Source of the DNA: an uncultured Gemmatimonadales bacterium
GTDB lineage: Bacteria > Gemmatimonadota > Gemmatimonadetes > Gemmatimonadales > GWC2-71-9
Assembly (NCBI GenBank): GCA_963779755.1
Contig: CAVZZO010000001.1
Span: 512,001-576,000 of the forward strand
Reading direction: 5' to 3'
Length of the DNA: 64,000 nt
The notes below the pieces were generated by a model, which did no database searches, had not been told where the DNA came from, and saw nothing but the letters and a program-made list of their open reading frames with translations. This document shows, in pieces, positions 25,732 through 35,885 of this stretch (positions are counted from its first letter, which is position 1; each line of letters starts with the position of its first letter). The position numbers and the translations under genes were made by a program.

Positions 25732-28434
25732 ATGCCATCCGTCCAGGACCGACTGAACGTCGCGCTCGCCCATCGCTATCGGGTCGAGCAGGAATTGGGG
25801 CAGGGCGGTATGGCTACGGTCTACCTGGCGCAGGATCTCCGCCACGACCGGAAAGTCGCCATCAAGGTGCTGCGGCCAGAGCTGGCGGCCGTGATCGGGG
25901 CGGAGCGCTTCCTGCGCGAGATCAAGACCATCGCCAGCCTGCAGCATTCCCACATTCTGGGGCTGATCGATTCCGGAGAGGTGGAGGGCACGGCGTTCTA
26001 CGTCATGCCCTTCGTGGAGGGCGAGTCGCTGCGGGACCGGCTGGCACGAGAGAAGCAGCTGCCCATTGCCGACACCATCCGGATCGCCAGCGAAGTCGCG
26101 TCGGCACTGGATTATGCCCACCGGCACGGGGTGATCCACCGGGATATCAAGCCGGAGAACATCCTGCTGCATGACGGGCAGGCGCTGGTTGCCGATTTCG
26201 GCATCGCGCTGGCGGTGTCCAGTGCCGCCGGCACCCGGATGACGGAAACCGGCATGAGTCTGGGCACCCCGCACTACATGAGTCCGGAACAGGCCATGGG
26301 CGAGCGGGACATCACGGCGCGGTCGGATGTGTACGCCCTGGGGGCGATGACCTACGAAATGCTGGTGGGGGATCCGCCGTTCACCGGGCCCAGCGCCCAG
26401 GCCATCGTGGCCAAGGTGGTGACGGAAAAACCGGTGCCGCCCAGTGTGTCCCGCGACACCGTCCCCGCCAGCGTGGAAGAGGCGGTGCTGACGGCCCTCG
26501 CCAAGCTCCCCGCCGACCGGTACGCGACGGCCGCCGAGTTTGCAGCGGCACTCACCGGGCCATCATCCGGTACGAGCGGCGCCCGGCCTGCCGCCGGCCG
26601 GGCCCCAATCCGGGCCGGAAGCGCGTGGCCCTTCCGGGCGGCGGTCGCGGTGGCGCTGGTGGCGATCGTCTGCGCTGCCTGGTTCGCGGCGCGGGCTGCC
26701 AGGGAGCCGGCGGCACCGGTATCGCGGTTCGTGCTGAACCTTCCCAATCTGCGCTCCGGCGACGTCTTCTACCGGGGAAACGCCTTTGCGCTGTCGCCCG
26801 ACGGCTCCCGGCTTGCCTACGTCGGCATCGGCGCCAGCGGGGCGGTACAACTCTGGGTGCGTGACCGGGACGAGCTCACCCCCCATGCGCTGGCCGGCAC
26901 CGACGGGGCCGACGGGCCGTTTTTCTCTCCCGACGGGCGCTGGATCGGCTATTTCGCCTACGGCTCACTGTACAAGATCCCCGCCGAGGGCGGGACGGCG
27001 ATACCTCTTGCCGATTCGTCCAGCAGCAACCTCATTCCCAGCGGAACCTGGCTTCCCGATGGGCGAATCCTCTTCAACGGAGCACGGTTCGACCTGCGGG
27101 AGATTTCCGATGCCGGGGGGCCGGTGCGGGTGCTCGAAGAGGCGAACCAGCGGATGGGTCTGGGGACGGTCTTTCCCACGGCGCTGCCGCGGAAAGATGC
27201 CATCCTGATCACCGAGTGCACGAACAACTGCGCCCGGATGAACATTCTCGCGTTGAATCTGAAGACGCATGAACAGGATACTCTGCTGGCCAGTACGGCC
27301 CGGGCATGGTACCTGCCGGGCGACCGCCTGATCGCGGTGCGCCAGGACGGCACGCTGATCGGCGCCACTTTCGATCCGCGATCGCTGCGCCTCACCGGTA
27401 CCCCGGTGCCGCTCCTCGCCGGCATCCGGATGGAGTTGGGCGTGAGCCCGGAACTTGCCGTGGGCGGCGATGGCACTCTGGTGTACCTCCCCGCCGATTC
27501 CGGGGGCAGCGATGTGACCGTGGTCCGGGTGGACCGCCGGGGCACAGCGGCCGTCCTGGACCCTGCCTGGCGGGCCAATATCAACTACGTGGCGCTTTCG
27601 CCCGACGGGCGCCGGCTGGCGGCAAGCATCGTCTCGGGTGATCGGACCGATATCTGGGTGAAGCAGCTCGACGCCGGACCGCTCACCCGGCTCACCTTCC
27701 GGGGCACCCTCAATTACCGCCCGTCATGGGGCCGCGACGGCCGGGTCCTGACCTTCACCTCGGACCAGGATGGCCCCTCGTATCTCTTCTCGGTTCGGGC
27801 CGACGGCAGCAACCGGCCCCGGCGGCTCTTCGAGGGCGACACCACCCAGATCGACGAATCCTTCTACTCTCCGGACGGACAGTGGTTGGTGTACCGCGCC
27901 GGCGTCACCGACGGGGCGCGGCGGATCTACGCCCGGCGGATCGGGAGCGATACCGGCCGGGTGGCGCTCGTATCCGACGGCTTCGATGCCTACATGCCGG
28001 CGCTTTCCCCGGACGGGAAGTGGCTGGCCTATGTCTCCGTGGAGTCGGGTCACGAGGAGGTCTATGTGCGGCCCTTCCCGGACGCTGCCCGGGCGCGCTG
28101 GCAGATCTCCACCTCGGGAGGCAACAATCCCGTGTGGTCGCCCGACGGGCGGGAGCTGTTCTACCTCACGGCCGCCGACAGCCTGGCTTCGGTCGCCGTC
28201 GCCCCGGGGCCGGGCCCGGATTTCCTGGCCGGGCCGCGCCAGTCGCTCTTCTCTGTCCGCCCTTTCCTGTTTGCGCCGTTCCATCAGGCATTTTCGGTGA
28301 CTCCCGACGGGCGAAGCTTCATCATGCTTCGCCGGGTGGACGCGGGGCAGGGGAGCACCAGCTCATTGACGGTGGTCCTCAACTGGTTCCAGGAACTGGG
28401 AACCAAACTGAAAGGACTGAGAAAAAAGGACTGA
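25732..28434 (+). CDS. Ser/Thr protein kinase with transmembrane helix and PD40/TolB-like beta-propeller
   Basis: All kinase motifs present; SPDG repeats; paralog of 16499-19273. Confidence 0.92.
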   Translation: MPSVQDRLNVALAHRYRVEQELGQGGMATVYLAQDLRHDRKVAIKVLRPELAAVIGAERFLREIKTIASLQHSHILGLIDSGEVEGTAFYVMPFVEGESLRDRLAREKQLPIADTIRIASEVASALDYAHRHGVIHRDIKPENILLHDGQALVADFGIALAVSSAAGTRMTETGMSLGTPHYMSPEQAMGERDITARSDVYALGAMTYEMLVGDPPFTGPSAQAIVAKVVTEKPVPPSVSRDTVPASVEEAVLTALAKLPADRYATAAEFAAALTGPSSGTSGARPAAGRAPIRAGSAWPFRAAVAVALVAIVCAAWFAARAAREPAAPVSRFVLNLPNLRSGDVFYRGNAFALSPDGSRLAYVGIGASGAVQLWVRDRDELTPHALAGTDGADGPFFSPDGRWIGYFAYGSLYKIPAEGGTAIPLADSSSSNLIPSGTWLPDGRILFNGARFDLREISDAGGPVRVLEEANQRMGLGTVFPTALPRKDAILITECTNNCARMNILALNLKTHEQDTLLASTARAWYLPGDRLIAVRQDGTLIGATFDPRSLRLTGTPVPLLAGIRMELGVSPELAVGGDGTLVYLPADSGGSDVTVVRVDRRGTAAVLDPAWRANINYVALSPDGRRLAASIVSGDRTDIWVKQLDAGPLTRLTFRGTLNYRPSWGRDGRVLTFTSDQDGPSYLFSVRADGSNRPRRLFEGDTTQIDESFYSPDGQWLVYRAGVTDGARRIYARRIGSDTGRVALVSDGFDAYMPALSPDGKWLAYVSVESGHEEVYVRPFPDAARARWQISTSGGNNPVWSPDGRELFYLTAADSLASVAVAPGPGPDFLAGPRQSLFSVRPFLFAPFHQAFSVTPDGRSFIMLRRVDAGQGSTSSLTVVLNWFQELGTKLKGLRKKD

Positions 28435-28457
28435 GGGAAAACTGAACCGGCGCAAGG

Positions 28458-28497
28458 CTTCGGCCCCTTCGGTCGCTGCGCTTCCTCAGGGTGACAG
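28458..28497. repeat. Solo REP-like element of the same family as the 43533-44005 array
   Basis: GCTTCGGCCCCTTCGGTCGCTGCGCTTCCTCAGGGTGACA is close to the reverse complement of the array arm TGTCACCCTGAGGGAGCGCAGCGACCGAAGGG. Confidence 0.85.
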
Positions 28498-28643
28498 TTG
28501 TCTTGTACTTTTCACTCTGACGCCTATGCTGCCGTCCTGCGACCGAGCGGCCTCCAATAAGAGAGCCGCGAGGAAGTCCTTTAGGGCCGTCCTGCCGTCC
28601 CTTGCCACTACCTTCCAGAGTCCACCCTCACGGAGCGCCACGC

Positions 28644-28880
28644 ATGGGCTACCGCCGATTCACCGATCAGTCAGGCAATGAGTGGGAGGTCCGGGATATC
28701 ACCCGCTCGGAATGGGAGTTTCAGCCGGTTGCCGGCAACCCGGAGCGGCTGCGTTCGGTGCGCGCCCCCGGATACGAAACCGACCCGTTCGAGTTGAGCG
28801 AGGAAGAGCTGCAGAAGCTGCTGGGGGAGGGCGGGGGGGAGGGCCGGTCGAAGCCGATGAAATTCCCCTTCAAGGATTGA
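28644..28880 (+). CDS. Small hypothetical protein (78 aa)
   Basis: GGAG RBS, typical GC3-biased codons, sequence MGYRRFTDQSGNEWEV...LSEEELQKLL. Confidence 0.7.
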   Translation: MGYRRFTDQSGNEWEVRDITRSEWEFQPVAGNPERLRSVRAPGYETDPFELSEEELQKLLGEGGGEGRSKPMKFPFKD

Positions 28881-28966
28881 GCCGCCGGGCCCGCGGGGGA
28901 CTGCGCGCTGGCCAGACGGGCGGCGGGCTTGTATAGTCGAAGATCTCCCCCCGCAGGAGGACCTCC

Positions 28967-29401
28967 ATGCCCGCCGTCCGCGATATCCTGGCCCGCAAGG
29001 GAAACGCCGTGATCTCCGTTGAACCGGGATCCCTGGTGCTGGAAGCCGCCCGCCTGATGAACGAGCGGGGCATCGGGAGTGTCCTGGTCATGGATGAAGA
29101 CCGCCTGGTCGGGATCTTCACCGAGCGCGACGTTCTGCGCCGGGTGGTAGCCAGCGGCCGCGATCCGCTGAGCACCGCGGTGCGGGAAGTCATGACGACC
29201 GACCTCCTGACCTGCGAGGCCGATACCGCGCTCGAGCAGGTGGCCGCCACCATGAGCGGGCGCCGCATCCGGCATCTGCCGGTACTGGAGGGAGCCCGGG
29301 TGGTGGGCGTCATGACCAGCGGCGACCTGCTGGCCTGGCAGCTGGACGACCAGGCCAGCATGATCCGGCACCTGAACAGCTACGTGTACGACGTGCGCTG
29401 A
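28967..29401 (+). CDS. CBS domain-containing protein
   Basis: AGGAGG RBS; LVGIFTERD and IRHLPV..GVMTSGDL form a CBS pair. Confidence 0.93.
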   Translation: MPAVRDILARKGNAVISVEPGSLVLEAARLMNERGIGSVLVMDEDRLVGIFTERDVLRRVVASGRDPLSTAVREVMTTDLLTCEADTALEQVAATMSGRRIRHLPVLEGARVVGVMTSGDLLAWQLDDQASMIRHLNSYVYDVR

Positions 29402-29533
29402 GCTGGGGAGACTCCCCTGGCCTCCTCGACCGCTCCGGCAGGTCGAGGGGGTCAAGGAGGTCGAGGTCGGTCGCGTCCCGTCGTCCGGGTTGGCGGGCTT
29501 CGCTCCCCAATCCTGCGGAACTCCCAACGAAGA

Positions 29534-29680
29534 AACCGCAGATTTCGCAGATAGTGTGCGCCGACCCTGTATCCTGTGATATCGTCGAGACCAGACAACT
29601 GTTGTTGCACCACTTCAGGAAGAAGCAGACCACGATCACGAACCGGAGGTCTGTCTGCGTAATCTGCGTAATCTGCGGTT
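29534..29680. repeat. Inverted-repeat element with 9-bp periodic (CGCAGATT) arms
   Basis: AACCGCAGATTTCGCAGAT ... ATCTGCGTAATCTGCGGTT. Confidence 0.8.
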
Positions 29681-29744
29681 CCAGCACAGAGCCTGACCGT
29701 CCCCGAAGTCCTGACGAAGCTCCCTTCAACACAAGGAACACCCT

Positions 29745-32006
29745 GTGCGCCCGATGCGTCTGGTGTTTGCGCTGTTTCTTGCCTCTCCCGTAGCCGCCGC
29801 CGCCCAGCAGATCCCCGCGCCGGTAGATTCCATGCTGCACCGTCTGTTCGCTTCGCGCGAATTCGCCGGCCAGCGCTTCGGGCCCGCACGCTGGATGGAC
29901 AGCGGCTCGGCCTATACGACGGTCGAGAACTCCGACTCCCTGAAGGGCGGGCGCGACATCGTTCGCTACGAGACGGCGACCGGCGAACATCGCGTGCTCG
30001 TTTCCGCTCGGGCACTGGTGCCCCCGGGAGACAGCGCGGCGCTCCGCTTCGACGATTACGTCTGGTCGCCGGACGGCGCGAAGCTCCTCCTGTTTACTAA
30101 TACAAGGAAAGTCTGGCGGCAGAATACCCGGGGCGACTACTGGGTGCTGGACCGGAAGAGCGGCACGCTCACGCAACTGGGCGGCCCCGCCGCCGAGCCC
30201 TCCACCCTGATGTATGCCAAGTTCTCGCCCCAGGGCGACCGGGTAGCCTATGTGCGGGGCGGCGATATCTACGTGGAACGGCTGGCGGACGGGAACATCA
30301 CCCGGCTTACCACGGGCGCCGACTCCCTGCACGTGAACGGCATGACCGACTGGGTCTACGAGGAAGAGTTCGGCCTGCGCGACGGATTTCGCTGGTCGCC
30401 GGACGGGCGGCGGATCGCCTTCTGGCACTTCGACATGACCGGCGTGGGCACCTTCCTGCTGATCAACGATACCGATTCGCTCTATCCTTTCACGATACCC
30501 ATCCAGTACCCCAAGTCGGGCACCACCAATTCGGCGGTGACCGCGGGAATCGTGAGCGCCGCCGGCGGCCCGGTGACCTGGCTCCAGGTACCGGGAGATC
30601 CGCGCAACGACTACCTGCCGCGGATGGACTGGGTGGACAGCGGCACCATCGTGCTGCAGCGGATCAACCGCCCGCAGAACACCGACCGGCTGATGCTGGC
30701 CGACGCCGCGACGGGCGCCACCCGGACGATCCTCACCGAGCGGGACAGCGCCTGGGTGAGCGTGGTGAACGACCTTACCTGGATCAACCACGGCCGCGAG
30801 TTCCTCTGGCCCAGTGAGCGCGACGGCTGGCGCCACATCTACCGGGTTTCCCGGGACGGCCGGCGCATGAAACTGATTACCCCCGGGGCGTTCGATGTGG
30901 TGGACGTCGCGGGGATCGACACCCGGGGCGGCTGGCTCTACTACATCGCCTCGCCGGACAACGCGACCCAGCGCTATCTGTATCGCAACCGGCTCGACGG
31001 AAAGGGGCAGGCGCGCCGGGTGACGCCTGGCGGCCTGGCCGGCACCCACGGCTACAATATCGCGCCCGATGGGAGTTGGGCGTTCCATAGTGTCTCGTCG
31101 TTCGACCGGCCGCCCACGATGGACCTGGTGCGCCTGCCGTCGCACCAGTCGGCCCGCACCCTCATCGCCAACGACTCCCTGGGGGCACGGGTGGCGCCGC
31201 TGCTGGTGCCGGGCGAGTTCTTCCGCGTAGGCCTGCCCGACAGCGCCATGCTGGACGGCTGGATGATCCGGCCGCGTGACTTCGACTCCACGAAGACCTA
31301 CCCCATCCTCATGTATGTCTACGGAGAGCCGGCGGGGCAGACGGCGCGCGACGCCTGGTTCGGTACCCAGAGGCTCTGGTACCAGATGCTGGCCGACCGG
31401 GGTTACCTGGTGGCGAGCGTGGACAACCGGGGGACGCCCTCGCCCCGCGGCCGCGACTGGCGCAAGGTGGTCTACGGGGCTGTGGGCGTGCTCTCGTCGC
31501 GGGAACAGGCCGACGCGGTGCGGGTGCTGGCGCGGACGCGACCCTACGTGGATTCGACACGGGTCGCGATCTGGGGCTGGAGCGGCGGCGGCACCAATAC
31601 CCTGAACGCCATGTTCCGCTATCCCGACGTGTACCAGGTCGGCATGGCCGTCGCCCCGGTGCCGGATCAGCGGCTCTACGATACGATTTACCAGGAACGC
31701 TACATGAATACGCCGGAGAACAATCCGGAAGGCTATCGGCAGGGCTCGGCCATCAACTTCGCCGAAGGGCTGAAGGGAAGCCTGCTGCTGGTGCACGGCT
31801 CCGGCGACGATAACGTGCACTACCAGGGCAGCGAGCGGTTGCTCAACCGGCTGATCTCGCTGAACAAACAGGTGGATTTCATGGAGTACCCCAACCGGAC
31901 GCACTGCATCTGCGAGGGCCGGGGAACGACACTGAACATCTACTCCCTGCTTACCCGCTACCTGCTCACCCACCTGCCTGCCGGCGCCCGGAGCACGAAC
32001 CGGTGA
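29745..32006 (+). CDS. S9B dipeptidyl peptidase IV-like protein
   Basis: Signal peptide, DWVYEEEF, GWSGGG nucleophile, DDNVH and a C-terminal His. Confidence 0.93.
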   Translation: MRPMRLVFALFLASPVAAAAQQIPAPVDSMLHRLFASREFAGQRFGPARWMDSGSAYTTVENSDSLKGGRDIVRYETATGEHRVLVSARALVPPGDSAALRFDDYVWSPDGAKLLLFTNTRKVWRQNTRGDYWVLDRKSGTLTQLGGPAAEPSTLMYAKFSPQGDRVAYVRGGDIYVERLADGNITRLTTGADSLHVNGMTDWVYEEEFGLRDGFRWSPDGRRIAFWHFDMTGVGTFLLINDTDSLYPFTIPIQYPKSGTTNSAVTAGIVSAAGGPVTWLQVPGDPRNDYLPRMDWVDSGTIVLQRINRPQNTDRLMLADAATGATRTILTERDSAWVSVVNDLTWINHGREFLWPSERDGWRHIYRVSRDGRRMKLITPGAFDVVDVAGIDTRGGWLYYIASPDNATQRYLYRNRLDGKGQARRVTPGGLAGTHGYNIAPDGSWAFHSVSSFDRPPTMDLVRLPSHQSARTLIANDSLGARVAPLLVPGEFFRVGLPDSAMLDGWMIRPRDFDSTKTYPILMYVYGEPAGQTARDAWFGTQRLWYQMLADRGYLVASVDNRGTPSPRGRDWRKVVYGAVGVLSSREQADAVRVLARTRPYVDSTRVAIWGWSGGGTNTLNAMFRYPDVYQVGMAVAPVPDQRLYDTIYQERYMNTPENNPEGYRQGSAINFAEGLKGSLLLVHGSGDDNVHYQGSERLLNRLISLNKQVDFMEYPNRTHCICEGRGTTLNIYSLLTRYLLTHLPAGARSTNR

Positions 32007-33295
32007 GCTCCCGAATCGCCCGGGCCGCCTTCCCGCTACTTGCCGCGGCGGCGGCATGCTCCGCGGCCGCGGCCCAGGGTCTCCCCGCGGGAACCCCTGC
32101 CGGGCTGGGCTTCTCTGCCGCGCGGCTCGGCCGGATCGACAGCGTATTTCAGGCGATGGTGGATTCCGGCTCGATCACCGGCGGCGTAGCGCTGGTGGTG
32201 CGGCACGGCAAAGTGGCCTACGTGAAGTCTTTCGGCTGGGCCGACCGGGAAGCGAAGCGCCCGATGACTCCGCAGACGCTCTTCCGGATCGCCTCGCAGA
32301 CCAAGGCGATCACCAGCGTCGCCGCCATGCTCCTGGTGGAACAGGGCCGGTTGCGGCTGGACGACCCCGTCGCGCGGTTCATTCCCAGCTTCGCCCACGA
32401 CTCGGTGGCCATGCCGGGCGATAGCGGCGCGCTGGTGCCGGCGCGCCGCGCGCCCACCATTCGCGAGCTGCTGACCCACACCTCGGGCCTCAGCTACGGC
32501 GTGGAATCGCGGATCGCCGAACGCTACCGCGCGGCGGGCCTGGGGCCGGCCGCCGGCTACGGCTGGTATTTCGCCGACAAGAACGAGCCCATCTGCGCCA
32601 CCATCGACCGTCTGGGAGCGCTACCGCTCGCTGCCCAGCCGGGGGAGCGCTGGGTCTACGGCTACTCGCTGGACGTGCTGGGCTGCGTCATCGAACGGGT
32701 TTCGGGCGTCCCGCTGGACCGCTTCATTCACGACCGGATCCTGGCGCCGCTGCACATGCGCAGTACCTGGTTCTACCCGCCCGATTCCGTGGCCGGGCGG
32801 CTGGCCACGGTGTACGCCCCCACCGACACCGGCCTGGCGCGGGCCCGACCCGGCGGCCGGGGCCAGGGTGATTATATCGATGGGCCGCGAAGGAGCTTTT
32901 CCGGCGGTGCCGGGCTGGTGTCGACCATCGGCGACTATGCCCGCTTCCTCCAGATGCTGCTGAACGGCGGCGAGCTGGACGGGGCGCGTATCCTGAGCCC
33001 CGCCACGGTGCGGCTCATGACCGCCAATCAGGTGGATACGCTGTATCCGGAGCCGGGCAGCGGATTCGGGCTCGGATTCCAGATCCTGCTCGATCCCGGG
33101 CGGGCCGGGGAGTACGGATCGCCCGGCCGCTTCGGCTGGGGCGGCGCCTACGGCACCAACTACTGGGTGGATCCGGGGAACGACCTGGTGGCGCTGGAGA
33201 TGATCCAGCTGCTTCCGCCCAACGTGGACCTGGCGGACCGGTTCCGCGCTACGGTGTATCAGGCCCTCGTCTCGCCGGGCCGCCCGGTGCGATGA
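32003..33295 (+). CDS. Serine hydrolase, beta-lactamase-related family
   Basis: FRIASQTK (SxxK), LLTHTSG, PGERWVYG, GGAGLVST and WGG. Confidence 0.9.
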   Translation: MSSRIARAAFPLLAAAAACSAAAAQGLPAGTPAGLGFSAARLGRIDSVFQAMVDSGSITGGVALVVRHGKVAYVKSFGWADREAKRPMTPQTLFRIASQTKAITSVAAMLLVEQGRLRLDDPVARFIPSFAHDSVAMPGDSGALVPARRAPTIRELLTHTSGLSYGVESRIAERYRAAGLGPAAGYGWYFADKNEPICATIDRLGALPLAAQPGERWVYGYSLDVLGCVIERVSGVPLDRFIHDRILAPLHMRSTWFYPPDSVAGRLATVYAPTDTGLARARPGGRGQGDYIDGPRRSFSGGAGLVSTIGDYARFLQMLLNGGELDGARILSPATVRLMTANQVDTLYPEPGSGFGLGFQILLDPGRAGEYGSPGRFGWGGAYGTNYWVDPGNDLVALEMIQLLPPNVDLADRFRATVYQALVSPGRPVR

Positions 33296-34659
33296 CCGAC
33301 CTCGCCGGGGCCGAAACCGTCGCGTCCCCAGCCGCGGCGCCGCGCGGCGGCCTGCTCCGGGTGCTGGGCACCGCCTTCGGGCTGGCCATCGCCGTCGGGG
33401 CCACGGTCGGCGGCGGCATCCTGCGCACCCCGGGCGAGATCGCCGCCGCGCTTCCCTCTCCCCTGTTGTACATGGCAGTCTGGATCGTCGGCGCCGGCGC
33501 CTCACTGCTCGGCGCCAATATCTATTCCGAGCTGGGCGCAATGATCCCGGCGGCCGGCGGCCAGTACGTGTTCGCCCGCCGCGCCTTCGGCGACGGCATC
33601 GGGTTCTTCGTCGGCTATGCCGACTGGCTCAACTGGTGCCTGGGGCCGGTGGTGCTGACGCTCATCGTCGGCGAGTACATGACGGGGCTCTTCCCCGCCC
33701 TCGCCGGCCATGAAATGCTGGTGGATTTCGTCACCCTCGGCGGCCTCGCCACGCTGCAGTGGATCGGCGTTCGTAGCGGTGGCCGGACCCAGGAAATCAC
33801 CAGTCTGCTGAAGGCGCTGGCCCTGGCGGGACTGGTCGTCGCGGCCTTCGTTCTGCCGCATGCCGCCATGGCTCCCGCGGCCGCGGCGGTGCCGCACGGG
33901 TGGTCGCTGCTGCTTGCCTTCGGGGTGGCCATGCAGGGGATCGTGTTCACCTATGACAGCTATTACATCGTGATCTACTGTGGCGAGGAAGTGCGCGACC
34001 CCGGGCGGGAGATCCCGCGCAGCATGTTCCGCGGCCTCTGGCTGGTGATCGGCATCTATCTCCTGGTCAATCTCGCCTACCTGGCGGTGGTGCCCGTGAG
34101 CCGGATGGCAGGCGATCCTTTCGTCGGCGCCACCATGGCCCAGGCGCTCTTCGGCCCCCGGGGAGATACCATCATCCGCCTGATCATGATCGTTTCCATT
34201 CTGGGCACCATCAATGCGGAGCTGATGGCGATCCCGCGGATCCTGCTGGCCATGAGCCGGGATGGGCTCTTCCCCCGCTGGGGGGAACGGGTGAACCGGG
34301 GCGGCACCCCCCACGTAGCCTTGGCATTGAGTCTCCTCGTAATCGTCGCCTTTCTGCTCACGGGGTCGTTCAACGCCGCCCTGGCGCTGGACTCGATCCT
34401 GATCGTTGCGCTCTACGTCGCGTCTTTCGGCGCCCTGTTCATGCTGCGCCGCCGGGAGCCGGAAACGCCGCGGCCCTACCGCGCCTGGGGATATCCTCTG
34501 GCCCCGGCGCTGACCCTGCTCGGCGCGGTCGGTTTACTCGTGGCTCTCTCGGCCGGCGACCCGAAGAGCGCCGCCATCATCGGCGCCGTGCTGCTGGCAA
34601 GCTGGCCGCTGGCGCGGGCGATTCGCCGGCTGGAATCGGGCCGTTCTCGACCGTCTTAG
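33292..34659 (+). CDS. APC-family amino acid permease
   Basis: About 12 hydrophobic segments, VGGGI, ELGAMIPAAGGQY, EEVRDP.R.IP and RPYRAWGYP. Confidence 0.9.
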   Translation: MTDLAGAETVASPAAAPRGGLLRVLGTAFGLAIAVGATVGGGILRTPGEIAAALPSPLLYMAVWIVGAGASLLGANIYSELGAMIPAAGGQYVFARRAFGDGIGFFVGYADWLNWCLGPVVLTLIVGEYMTGLFPALAGHEMLVDFVTLGGLATLQWIGVRSGGRTQEITSLLKALALAGLVVAAFVLPHAAMAPAAAAVPHGWSLLLAFGVAMQGIVFTYDSYYIVIYCGEEVRDPGREIPRSMFRGLWLVIGIYLLVNLAYLAVVPVSRMAGDPFVGATMAQALFGPRGDTIIRLIMIVSILGTINAELMAIPRILLAMSRDGLFPRWGERVNRGGTPHVALALSLLVIVAFLLTGSFNAALALDSILIVALYVASFGALFMLRRREPETPRPYRAWGYPLAPALTLLGAVGLLVALSAGDPKSAAIIGAVLLASWPLARAIRRLESGRSRPS

Positions 34660-34680
34660 CCCCCTCGGCTATCTCGCCTG

Positions 34681-34752
34681 GAGAGGGACGAGAGGGTCGA
34701 GAGGGTCGAGAGGGTCGAGAGGGTCGAGAAGGCTGAGAGGGTCGAGGGCGAC
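34681..34752. repeat. 9-bp tandem repeat (GAGAGGGTC) x8 between convergent genes
   Basis: Counted directly; four consecutive perfect units. Confidence 0.9.
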
Positions 34753-34756
34753 GAGG

Positions 34757-35812
34757 TTACACTGTCTCCCGCCGGTCGCTCAGGAACGCGCCGACCGGCG
34801 CCAGGGCGGGCACATGATCGCCCATGATCTTGACGGTGGCGAAGAAGGGAACGGCGAGGAGCGCTCCCGCCACGCCCCAGAGGAACCAGCCGAAGAGCAC
34901 GCCGACCAGCACCGCCACCGGGTTCAGCCGCAGGCGGTTGCCGTAGACGATGGGGCTCACCAGGCTGTTCTGCAACGTGGCGATGAGCAGGTAGGTCAGG
35001 GGGACCGCGACGATGTGTCCCAGCCCGTGGAAGCGTCCGAAGGCGACCACCGCGAGCAGGACGCTCATGGTGGCGGCGCCGACGTAGGGGATGAACTCCA
35101 GCAGCACGGTCAGGGCGCCCCAGAGGAACGGCGTAGGCATCTGAAGCAGCCACATGGCAAAGCCGACGACGACGCCCTGTCCCAGATAGATGAGAGCCGA
35201 GGTGCCAAGGTAGCGTCCCACGGCGTGCTGGACCTCGCGGGTGATCTGAACCGCCGCGCGCTTGTCCTGCAATACGGGGAGCATCTGCACCAGCTTCTGC
35301 AGGAACATGTCGCCCGACGCCAGGAGCAGGAACAGCAGCAGGAAGACCTCCGCCGCGCCGGCTACCAGCGCGGCGGTGGTACCGAAGAGATTCGACACAT
35401 AGGGTGGTACCGTGGGTGGCGCGGGCGGGCTACCCCGCGTCTCTCCCGCCTGGCTCAGCTCCTGGGCCGCCTGCGAGACCTTGTCGAGGGAATGCCGCGC
35501 CTGGGCCAGCTTGGCCTTGGCCGCGCGGAAGTCCGCCGGGGCTTCCTCCATCCAGCTGCGGACCGGGTTGGCCAGCAGGTATCCGGCGCCCACCAGCGCG
35601 CCGAGCAGCGCGACGACCACCAGGGCGGAGGCGACGGAGGGGGGGAGGTGCCATCCCTCCAGCTTCCGGGCCACGGGCCGCAGCAGCACATTGAGGAGCA
35701 GCGCCAGCGCCACCGGAATGAAGAACGCCCGCGCAAGGTAGAGCGCGGCAATGACGGCCAGTGTGGCCAGGAGGATCAGACTGAACGAGCGCGCCCGTGA
35801 CGATTCGCTCAT
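34757..35812 (-). CDS. AI-2E family transporter
   Basis: FIPVALALLL..LL.P, FIPYVG, P.VYG.RLRLNP and WLWG..GALLAVP-like motif. Start reset to ATG 35812. Confidence 0.88.
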   Translation of the reverse strand: MSESSRARSFSLILLATLAVIAALYLARAFFIPVALALLLNVLLRPVARKLEGWHLPPSVASALVVVALLGALVGAGYLLANPVRSWMEEAPADFRAAKAKLAQARHSLDKVSQAAQELSQAGETRGSPPAPPTVPPYVSNLFGTTAALVAGAAEVFLLLFLLLASGDMFLQKLVQMLPVLQDKRAAVQITREVQHAVGRYLGTSALIYLGQGVVVGFAMWLLQMPTPFLWGALTVLLEFIPYVGAATMSVLLAVVAFGRFHGLGHIVAVPLTYLLIATLQNSLVSPIVYGNRLRLNPVAVLVGVLFGWFLWGVAGALLAVPFFATVKIMGDHVPALAPVGAFLSDRRETV

Positions 35813-35885
35813 GCGGAACCGTACGCTTTCCGGCCTGATACGTGAGGGGCGGAGCCCCGTGCCGACGGGGCTGGCCGGCGGGGGG

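Noticed and set aside
29310..32057. Long antisense or alternate-frame ORFs (e.g. 915 aa here, 706 aa at 722-2842, 613 aa at 47265-49106)
   Set aside because: Shadow ORFs expected from high GC3 codon bias; they overlap motif-supported genes and carry no recognisable motifs.
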